A stretch of 63,061 bases of DNA, filler included, from Octopus bimaculoides (taxonomy: Eukaryota), in assembly GCF_001194135.2 (NCBI RefSeq). It is 5 parts of 4 records of this genome, joined end to end, with 100 filler letters (N's around TTAATTAATTAA, not from the genome) between each part and the next. Parts side by side here need not be neighbours in the genome. Positions count along the whole stretch, not along the records: positions 50,120 to 57,711 come from NC_068991.1; positions 57,812 to 63,061 come from NC_069000.1; 3 more parts are not named here. One strand, 5' to 3'. The notes under the pieces were generated by a model, which worked only from the letters and a program-made list of their open reading frames with translations, did not search any database and was not told the origin of the DNA. Position numbers and translations under genes: made by a program. Below, piece by piece: positions 53,007 to 63,061 of this stretch. The stretch's first letter is position 1. Every line of letters begins with the position of its first letter.

Positions 53007-53476
53007 TTGCAGTTGTCGGGCCATCAGCGACTAAACCGGCCACCCCACAGAGTTCGCTTTGTGAGGAGAGTGCTTTTTGTTATTTGGTCATCCTGCAGGA
53101 TGAAATACAAGACCTGTCTAAGGGTGGATGAACTCTGGGGAGTTAATGGCCATCCAAATAACAACTCATTCACCAGCTGCGGAGCACTGACTACAGGATT
53201 TAGTGTCCAGCGCAAGATAGCTCACTTAAACTTCTAAGGGGAGAAGGACCTCATTGAGTCTCTTTAGACAAACGCCTCTAGAGATGGTGTCTCGATAAAA
53301 ATACTGGTGATTGTGACACCTTATCAACACTTTCCTCTGCATGAGAGTAATGAATAATAGAATTAACACAAACAGCAGCATAAATGAGGACGGAACTACA
53401 GGAGACGGATTTTCGCCCGGCAGGTGCCCTGTGGGTGAGCAGCACAGGATCGCTCGTACTTATACAGCTGCTAGAA
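53007..53476 (+). mobile_element. 5' UTR and ORF start of an R4/Dong-like LINE, truncated at (TTA)n
   Basis: GC-richer structured leader, ATG at 53341, MRVMNN...GFSPGRCPVGEQ...AARTK resembles N-termini of R4-clade ORFs (recognition from memory). Confidence 0.5.
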
Positions 53477-53480
53477 CTAA

Positions 53481-53830
<350 letters not shown>

Positions 53831-54257
53831 GTTGTTGTTGTTGTTGTTTCGCTTAGGCATAGCAATAATAATAATCTGGTGTTAGAACTGGATATAATTA
53901 TGCTTCAGAACAAAGCGTCAATCGAGCACCCAGCAGTAATACGAAATTAAAATGAGAAGGAAATGTCACGAACTTCATTAGCTTGCAGCAGTTACTGTTA
54001 TATGATGCAATGCACTTATAGTTGAATGCTTGTGTATCATCTTATAGCTTCATCGGAGCTTAAAATTAAAGTGCAATTTTATTCGGGAAAGGATTTACAC
54101 TTTACGGATTTACACACACACACATACACAGAAAAGCATTACCAAACAAAGAAACATGAGCGTATGTAGGATTTTTAAGCAGCTATATGCTAATGACGTT
54201 CAGAAAACAATTTCTTATACATACATGCATATATATATATATATATATATATATACT

Positions 54258-54290
<33 letters not shown>

Positions 54291-54536
54291 GTATATATAG
54301 ACAAACACACACAGAGTAAGTGAATACACCTAGCATTGATCCCTAATATACGTGTGTATATGTGTGTGCGTGTGTTTGTGTGTGTGTGTGTATATATATA
54401 CACACGCACACACATACATGTGTGTTTATGTATTTACATGAGTCTTTAGGTGTATAGTCAGACTGTTCTTTATAAAGGACACAATACCCAGAAATCTGTG
54501 TATGATTGTATGTATGTGCAATACATATACATACAT

Positions 54537-55930
54537 ATATGGAACTCAGAGTTGTCTGCATTTAACATGAGAATATCTCACAATGCTTTTGCAGTACCAG
54601 TACCAATACCAGTATTTGGGATACTGGACTGGATAAATCAAAATCAGAATGGTACTAACCAGCACTGGCAACTTCCACATTAACAGTGATTTATGTGAGA
54701 TGAAGTGTTGGTGGTACAGGCATAAGTTCAGTCGATGAAGCTTTTGAATGTCGCATTGTAACACCTGCTGAACAGTAAAGAAATGCGTATATTCCACGTA
54801 TCCTCAAAAGTGAGAGCAACAACATCTTCAGAGTTGGAGAATAACTACTGTTTTCAGAGTTGGAAAATGCACTGTCTCATGTGAATCAAAGAAGGCTGGA
54901 TTGGGCTACCTAAACACAAGCTTGGAGGGGAAAAGGCATCATACCAACAAAAAGCAATGCATGGGTACATATTCCGTAAGCTAGAGAGCGACAACAGATT
55001 TGAGAGGCAGAGTAGCCTCTCCTAGACCTGCGATATATGAATTACATCCCACTTAGAATTACATCCCACTTAGAATTACATATGAATTACATCCCACTTA
55101 GAATTACATCCCACAGGAACAGAAGATAGCTACTAAATACCTGATAAACCAAAGATATCACCAAACCTTCTCGTTGTGATAAAATATGTCGGCTCTGTAT
55201 CAGTGTGGAAGATATCACCCACATCATCAGCAGCTGCTCCAAAATGTCTACGAGATACTACCTAGCTCTGAGGCATGATATTATTTCAAAGAGTATTTAT
55301 AATACTATCCACATGAAGGACTGTTCTGACGTATACATCAAATGCATGTCAGAACCAGAGAGTATTAACACCGTTAAAAGCCAGATCTGGTGGAACATCC
55401 CAATGAAAACATCAATTCGGTGCAAATATAACAGACCTGATATTGTTTTGTGATATTGCACTGTTTTAGAGCTCAACTCTCCGGCGGATGTGAATGTACA
55501 ATCAAAAGTCCAGGAAAAAGAGAACATTTATGGCAAATGAATGCGGAACTTACAACCCTTGTACTCTGACTATGAATTCCCATTTGTACCTATCATCATA
55601 GGCACATTTGCACAAATTTACACAAAAACCTAGAAATACTCGGTTTCACGGAGAAAGCAGAAGAAACTGACGTGGATTTTTCAAATCCAATCTATTAGTG
55701 GCACAATGAAGATTTGTAAGACATTGCAGAAATTCTCTATCTGAGATTTTTATGCGAATAGATGCACACACTTGTTTGTATGTATCAACAGTTCAACCAA
55801 TACACCAACTCAACTGCATATTTACAAACACCAGGAACTCTCTTAACTGAAAAAGTCTGGTCACTTTGTTAGCGACCAACTTGAACTCTCTCAGGATGAA
55901 CTTGAATTAAACTCAAAGAAAAATCATACA
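54537..55930 (+). mobile_element. RLE-type LINE, 5'-truncated, decayed, TACA-flanked
   Basis: IWNSELSAFN...HNAFAVPVPIPVFGILDW, CRLC...EDITHIISSCSKMSTRYYL, RPDIVL, LQIQSISGTMKICKTL. Confidence 0.88.
55039..55114. repeat. 17-bp minisatellite (GAATTACATCCCACTTA) inside the LINE ORF
   Basis: Units at 55039, 55056, partial 55073, 55084, partial 55101. Confidence 0.95.
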
Positions 55931-57084
55931 TACATATGTGCATGGGTGTGTATGCATGTACGTATGTATGTATAGTGTTTTCTCATTAGACAAAATAATC
56001 TACAGTATTTAAAGTATAACATTCTGAGTTCAAATACTATGCTTTTCATTTTTCTGCAGTCGATAGAATATATATTAGTTCTGTCCGGGGGCCCATTATA
56101 TCTCTTAAAATGTTTATTGTATCATTGTACAATTCCTGTATTACCTCACTGAACTGATATTGATATTAATCTTTCTAGTCATTTACATATGATGGCAACA
56201 AATGCGTCCCATATCTTTTAATATCCTCTGTTAATAAAAGCAACCCGTATATCTCGGATTTCGAGCAAGTGTAAGAAATTTTCGATCGTGTAAGCTGTAT
56301 ATACCTAATCCAGATTAGAGCGTCATGTGATGGTGCCAAATTGTAGACAAAACAATCGCAATACAGAGTATCGAATGACTGAAGCAATATGTAAACATGT
56401 TTCATATTCGGAGAACTGGATATATGTATAATACACGTAGTATATATGGTCGAATATAGCGAGTCGCTTAGCTAAATAAATCGTTCATACAGCCCTCGCA
56501 GACGTTCATTGTTATTCACGTGAGTACCATTCTTCACCAATTTATAGCTTGGAGTATTGTTATATCATAGATCTTAGCTCTCTCCAAAACATAGCACTGT
56601 GATATTGGAGCAGTACAGGAGTCTTCGTCATCAGACTTTTGGATTTAATCCACCTCCAAGATATAATGCTGCAGTTTTAATTTAGATAAGGCAGTGAGCA
56701 GGCAGATTCGTTACAAAGTCAGAATGCCTTGCAGTATTTCTTTTGGTACTTTATGTTCTGGATTCAAGACCCACCGAAATCATCTTTACCATCCATCCTT
56801 ACGGAGTTGACTGAGTAACGATGAAGTGTCGAGATCGGCTAAATTAGAAACACATTAAATTTAAATTCTAAGTTTATCTCACCTCAATGAAACTTAATAC
56901 ATCAAAGTGTTCTTGCTCGCAACAGAAGATGTCCCTGTGTTATGCTTTTGTAATTTTTATAGGTACCTACGGTTGACTAATGGACCAGCAAGTCAGGAGT
57001 TCATGTCCCATAGCAGGCTATTTCCTTCTATTTTAAACAATACAGTTTATTCTAAGTTATCTCAGTACACTTTACCACTTTTAA

Positions 57085-57711
57085 TCGATAACTTAATCAT
57101 CCTTCGTCTGTAGTATTCTTTCTTTATTTTCTCTTTCATTTGTGTGTGTTGTATCCTATCTAGTTCATTGATTCCTAAATATTTCTATATCTGGCTTTGG
57201 ACTAATTCTCTTATTTCATTGACTTTATGTAGTATGATGTTGCTACACTTGACTAGTTTTCCTCTTTTCAGGGTTGCTTTGGCACATTTTTCTAATCCAA
57301 ATCTCATATCTATTTCTTTGGTAAATCCATGTACTGTCTGTAGTAGTGTTTCTAGCTGGTTATCATTTGTTATTATTATTATTATTCAGTAGTTTTATTT
57401 TTATAACGTGCTTTCACTTCACTACCGAGCGCAGCTCTGTGCGCCTTGGGTATGTGCTGTGGTTTGCTGTGGTGCTCTTATGTTTACTGTATTGAAAGTG
57501 TTTTGCGTAGAATGTGTGCAGTACCCAGTAGTGCAATTTTCTGTATGTTATATATATTTGTAAGTCCTGGTGTTTTTGTTATGTATTTGTCTGAATATTT
57601 TTTTATTATGCCTAAGGCACCTACTATGATAGGAATTGTTTCTGTTTTTAGATTCCACATTCGAGTTATCTCTATTTCCAGGTCTTTGTATTTTGAAAGT
57701 TTTTCCATTTC
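57085..57711 (-). mobile_element. Two adjacent Dong-like LINE fragments: a 3' end (57386-57711) whose (AAT)n tail abuts an RT fragment (57085-57365)
   Basis: EKLSKYKDLEIEITRMW...GTAHILRKTLSIQ*; then QLETLLQTV...MRFGLEKCAKATLKRGK...YKYLGI. Confidence 0.85.
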
Positions 57712-59712
57712 NNNNNNNNNNNNNNNNNNNNNNNNNNNNNNNNNNNNNNNNNNNNTTAATTAATTAANNNNNNNNNNNNNNNNNNNNNNNNNNNNNNNNN
57801 NNNNNNNNNNNTTTTTTTTTTTTTTTTTTTTCAGAATCATAATCTCCGTATTTTTCTACATATTTTGCCTAAAAAAATTCTTTAAAACTGAACTGAAAAT
57901 TTAAGAAATTTAGTGGAAGTGAAGGTGGGATTTCAATTTTGAAATGCAGATCCGGAATCTCCGCCCTCGATATAGTGTGTTCCTGTAAAAAAGAAAACCA
58001 AGAAAATCGTAAATTGTACCCTCCGCCGCAAATTGTACCCTCCCCACTTCACTTCTCAGTAATCCAGTGTAACTTTAAGTCGTCAAAATCTCTTTGCGTC
58101 AATAACATGTGATCAAAGAATTCAATGGAACCGAACTGTACAGGGGAAACCACTCTAGTATTAAATTGACTTCCTGGTATTGAAAGCCAGCTGAGTATTT
58201 TTTCTTCGTTTTATTTACGAAGCTTTTCGTAATTACTCACATATAACGTACTATCGCATTAGATAGACCTATATTTTGCGAAAAAAACAGTATATTTCGT
58301 GGGTGACAGGAAACAAAACAAATTTCATCATAATCCGGTATCCTATCCAGATTTGACGCATGACAATTTTTTGTTATATTTAAGAATAAAAATACGGGTT
58401 AATGTTGACATTAAAAACTTACCTTTATACACTGGCATATTGGGTATTAGAGGATTTCAAAGCCTCACATATTTATGGATTTTAGTAAGTTGAAAACCAG
58501 CCCTTAAAATTATATTTTGGTAAATTTTAATAACTTACCTATATTTTTTATCAAACTGAATGCGAGTTAAGTAACTAGAAGAAAAGGTAGGTGTTAAGAA
58601 TAGTGATGGAAAGTAGCAGGAAGCAACATGTTTGTTTATGAGGATCAAAGCCTTGAGATATTCTGGGATACAAAGTAGTGTTCAAAAGAAAATCGTGAGT
58701 TTGAGAAGTGTTTTCGGAATGATAATGGAAGTTTCCTTACCAATGCCAAAAATAAAAGGCATGAAAATGTTATCGAATGAGGTTGTTGAATGACGTGAAT
58801 GGATTAGGTGGTGGAGTTTTTTAAGTAGGCTGAACAGAAGGACCAACCATTGGAGCTGATTGTAGAATAGTAGTAAGTACAGTTAAAAAGATGAAGGCCT
58901 TAAAGGATAGATTGTCCGTCTATGATTAGTCACGGAAATAATTAAAGTGTTTGAGGAAGTAAAATATTTTAAATAATTTTTTTTTTCCATTATCGTATGA
59001 ACTCCTGTGTGTGGAACACAAATTTGCGAAGATTTTCTGAAAATTTCACTAAAAAAGTTACGCGAGTGCTTAGACCAGAATATATAGAGGTGCTTAATAT
59101 ATATCCCTACTTAAATGGAGATGTTCTGCTACAACAAAACTCGACTGCGCTAGTTACCGAAAGAGAAACTAATATCTTTCCGTGCACAATATTCGTTTAT
59201 ATTGCTAGGAAGTAATATTTAGATCAAAATTCCGCCGAGGCCGACTTTGCCTTTCATTCCTTTCGGGGTTGATTAAATAAGCACCACTTAGGCACTGGGG
59301 TCGATGCAATCGACTTAATCCCTTTGTCAGTCCTTGTTTGTCCCCTCTATGTTTAGCCTCCTGTGAGCGGTAAAGAAATAAATATTTAGGTCAAAATCAC
59401 ATGATCTGGTGGTCACAGCACTATATAAACAAGAATGCATTTTGTGCTGAAAGTCAATATGAGACCGCAGTATAGTTTGTTCCAACAGAACATCCACGGT
59501 TAAGTAAAGATAAATATTACCTCTCCATATTAATACTGCCTCTGTCGCTAATATTCATATTTTTAACAACTGATTATGAACAGTTTGCAAAGATCAGATT
59601 TCAGTCTTGTGCTATGTAGAGTTATTACCAATGTAATTTTCACAGTGAGGCAACTGCAGGAGAATTACTTAGCCACTAAAGAGACCACACGCAAGGTTCC
59701 ACGTCCTGTAAC

Positions 59713-59978
59713 CTAGTAATCTCTTAGGAAACATCCTCGATGCTGCGGTAAATGGGAGTGTTACTGCTTCCGTAGCTGAACGGAACAAAACCCTGAAGTA
59801 TCGGGACCTGACAGTGAACTATTTCTTCCAACCTGTGGCGTTTGAGATGTTTGGAGGGGCTGAGCTGCTAATTGCAAAGTTCTCCCATGAAGGTGCTTGA
59901 CTTTTTCAATGCCCTAGCCTCGCCATCGCCCGTGGTAACGCCAAGAGTGTGTTGGCTTGCTTCAGTAGGTTCCGTTGA
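59713..59978 (+). mobile_element. CRE-clade-like RLE LINE C-terminal remnant
   Basis: AERNKTLKYRDL...FFQPVAFEMFG...LFQCPSLAIARGNAKSV matches AE..K..KY..L...F.PVA.E..G...FQR.S.AI.RGNA. Confidence 0.7.
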
Positions 59979-60109
59979 ACCTTGTGATGTGAGACCAACT
60001 GAGGCACTGGGTTTTTTTCTTTCGCTCTAAATACTAGGTATTGAACCAATATTTCCTTGGGTGCAGCCTTCCCTTCAAGAGGTTAACATATCCTCTAATT
60101 ATATATATA

Positions 60110-60525
60110 CGAGGGTGAGTCAAAAAGTAATGCCGTTTTGTTTAGGACAGGTATAATAACCAACACAGGAACATGTATCATACATCAAAATGAAGCTGGT
60201 CCTCTGTGGATTACATCCCTACTTCTCAACATAGTCACCATTTCTCTCAATAGCAATGTTCCACCTTCGAATGAGAGCATGTACCCCTGCCCCGTTAAAT
60301 TCTGTTGACTGTTCTTTGAGCCACTTCTTCACTACAGTTTTCCCTTCCTCGTCACTAGAATAATGTTTGCTTCTCAAGCCCGCTTTCATGGGGCCGAAAA
60401 GATGATATTTTGAAGTCGCTAAATTATTCCAGTGATAACGAAGAGAAAACTACAGTGAAGAAGTGGCTTAATGAACAATCAACAGAATTTCATGCGGTAG
60501 GGATACATGCTCTCATTCGAAGGAG

Positions 60526-60526
<1 letters not shown>
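60110..60526. mobile_element. Mariner-derived foldback element made of two inverted transposase 3' ends
   Basis: TA then CGAGGGTGAGTCAAAAAGT mariner-like terminus; arms 60262-60368 and 60421-60526 inverted; right arm encodes YSSDNEEKTTVKKWLNEQSTEFHAVGIHALIRR. Confidence 0.85.
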
Positions 60527-60562
<36 letters not shown>

Positions 60563-60565
<3 letters not shown>

Positions 60566-60682
60566 GATGGGCTTCTTTCAGTTTCCGTCTACCAAATCCA
60601 CTCACAAGGCTTTGGTCGGCCCGAGGCTATAACAGAAGACACTTGCCCAAGGTGCCACGCAGTGGGACTGAACCTGGAACCA
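60563..60682 (-). mobile_element. SINE family A head fragment
   Basis: ACGATGGGCTTCTTTCAGTTTCCGTCTACC...GGGACTGAACCTGGAACC. Confidence 0.85.
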
Positions 60683-61295
60683 GTCACAGATTGTGTGCCA
60701 AACTTGAAAACAATATTATTCAACTACTTTCAATCATTCACGACAGTCGTAGTCTTGGGTCTCTTCTAAGCATCTACTAAGTTACAGACTGAAGCAGGCA
60801 TAATGTTAAAGGCTCATAGATTCTGAAATGTCCCGCTTCTCCACCTTGCCTTGTATCGTCTGCTTCTTCTCTATCCTCCAACACAAACATTTCGTTCTAT
60901 AAATTTATTTTTCTGTCACCTTTTTCAGATACAATTACTGCCCGGTTCATTTGGTTGGAGGGTATATCAGCCGAAACGTTGTGTTAACAACAAACAAGGT
61001 GAGGACAAATATCCGTCAAATGTCAACTACCCGTCAAATGTCAAATATCTGTCAAATGTCGCCAAACTTAAGTCTGCGACTTTTTTTATTATCTCCCTTG
61101 GATGCAGCGTTACGGATGACAATGAATAGCGTTAAAATTTGTTTTCAAAGTTAACGCTTAACTACAAAGTTTTTCCTTTACAATCATCCAGGTGAGCTAA
61201 ATTTAAAACATACTAAATTCAGAATGTAATGTTTAAACTCTATTCTTTCCTTAACAACTAAATCAGTTATTTATCTTATACAGCTATCGAAATAT

Positions 61296-61873
61296 CCACG
61301 CAAGTGTACACCACACCTGACTTTGTTACCTCAACTTTCTGAAAAATGAATATTTTTTTTTTAACCAATACTTTTTATCAATACTTTTTATCAATACTTT
61401 TTTTTATCAATACGATTATATCGATATTTAATGGGAAGCAAATTTATGAGGGTACACACATACGTACTGACATACATCAAATATTTTTTTTTTTTTTTTC
61501 AAAATCTCAAGTTTAATTCTGTTGATACATATTTGATGTATGTTAGAATAAATGTGTGCGCACCCACCAAGTTTTTGTTTTTTACATTAAAATTCTGACA
61601 TAATCGTAATCCACACCATCAGAAAGATATTAGTAGAAAATGTGATTTAAAAAATACCCATTTTTCTGAAAGTTATGAGGAAACAAAAATAACTTGTGTG
61701 AAATATCCCAAAAACCTTCCAACCATCCGAAAAAAAAAAATTCACAACAAATTCCGATATAATCGTAATTTACATCATCTGAAAGAGGTTTGTCTAAAAT
61801 TTCATTGAAAAATATACATCTTACTGTAAGTTATGAGGAGACAAAATCATAAGGAGTGGACACACTTGTGTAG
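61296..61873. mobile_element. Degraded DNA-transposon MITE with about 55-bp imperfect TIRs and a nested internal inverted repeat
   Basis: CCACGCAAGTGTACACCAC... versus ...GTGGACACACTTGTGTAG; internal perfect 15-bp IR 61470-61484/61529-61543; repeated ATAATCGTAAT and AAGTTATGAGGA motifs. Confidence 0.6.
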
Positions 61874-61985
61874 AAATGACCATCTATCTACCCTAACTTA
61901 TTTATTACTGTTTAGGATAACTGAGATTTAATACAATATGTAATTGTTTAGTCTCTGGTCATCCTTTAACTAGCAAATCTGTGCT

Positions 61986-62022
<37 letters not shown>

Positions 62023-62599
62023 GGGAATTGTTAATTAATTAATAAATTAATAATTCACAATTTTGCCAAGTAATTAGGTATTTAACTGCTATTTCTAAAT
62101 TTTCGGTATGTTGGTGAAGCAACTTATGCTGATCCCTAAATTATGTGTATATATAGATATATATATATAGAGAGAGAGAATGGTGGCAGCTGACGAAGGA
62201 AATGTTCTCTATGTGGCCTGTGTGTTTTCTGTACTCTGTTTATCATTTTGTCCACGTTTTGTTTGCAACGTCCTGTACCCAGATATGCATCTACATATAC
62301 ATGTAGATGTAGGTATGTACATACATGTACGTATATATGCATATACTCATTTATTATTTGTATTATATATATATACATATATATATATATACATACAGTG
62401 GGCTAAAAGTTACGCACCAAAACATTTGTCATTTATATTAGGTTATTATGATACAGTTTGTTCACCATGTTACAAGAATGTGTGTATTTATCGTTGTTTT
62501 GTTTATTTTGTTCGATTTTAGAAAAGTGGAAAAATGTCTTTGATGATTCTGGAGCATATTGACCTTATTTGGTGCTTGACTTTTTGCCCACACAAGTAT

Positions 62600-62810
62600 C
62601 TTTCACTTGCTTCAGTCGTTTGACTGTGGCCATGCTGGGGCACCACCTTGAAGGGTTTTTGTTGAACAAATATCCTCCAGGACATTTTTTTTTTAAAGCC
62701 TAGTACTTATTCTATTGTTTTTTTTTGTTTTTTTTTACCAGACTGCTAAGTTACGTAGACATAAACACACCAATTCTTTATTGTCAAGCAGTGGTAGGGG
62801 AATGACACAC
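62600..62810 (-). mobile_element. SINE family A 3' half
   Basis: TTTCAGTCGTTTGACTGTGGCCATGCTGG...AGCCTAGTACTTATTCTAT...GCTAAGTTACG...TTGTCAAGC. Confidence 0.75.
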
Positions 62811-62971
62811 ACACACATCGATACACGCACACATCGATACACACACACACATAAGTAAGATTCAGTTGAATTAGGTACTTAAGTTGGGGTACCTCATTAG
62901 GTCAGAATAATCAATTAATCAATTAATGAAGTCATTAGAAACAGCCATAATGAATTGACATTCTTCAATTG

Positions 62972-63061
<90 letters not shown>

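Noticed and set aside
55039-55114. CRISPR-like array (also 31262-31300, 61011-61064)
   Set aside because: Units are adjacent with no unique spacers, there are no cas genes, and the context is eukaryotic
55843-55905. CTGAAAA...hairpin...GAAC motif in the 3' UTR of the TACA-flanked LINE
   Set aside because: Both copies in the window have GAAC rather than GAAAC, so the family core is not hammerhead-compatible
60935-60985. GCCGAAACGTTGTG hammerhead 3' half
   Set aside because: No CUGANGA core with matching stem I upstream

Overview
AT-rich, gap-ridden eukaryotic scaffold dominated by microsatellites and transposable elements. The SINE families look like those of an octopus/coleoid cephalopod; this is an inference from pattern recognition, not a database match. 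One well-supported protein-coding exon is present (2835-4114, +; about 426 aa, Pro/Gln/Thr-rich, unrecognised). A few weaker splice-site-defined exon candidates exist. The rest is a TE landscape: at least five SINE or SINE-like families; RTE, CR1-like and CRE-like LINE remnants; several restriction-like-endonuclease (RLE, R4/Dong-like) LINEs; Penelope-like elements (PLEs); hAT, piggyBac, mariner and foldback MITEs; and a Helitron. Highlights: (1) a type I hammerhead ribozyme with a fully canonical core at 8424-8533, a near-canonical one at 10684-10731, and decayed ones at PLE ends; (2) an RLE LINE lineage whose three differently truncated copies all start directly after (TACA)n, suggesting tetranucleotide microsatellite targeting, beside a separate (AAT)n-associated lineage; (3) an RTE LINE ending in three C2H2 zinc fingers; (4) several long inverted repeats. 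No rRNA, bona fide tRNA gene or CRISPR array was seen. Most ORFs in the supplied track are artefacts of N-gaps and simple repeats. All alignments, folds and coordinates were done by eye; element boundaries are approximate unless a TSD or terminus is quoted.
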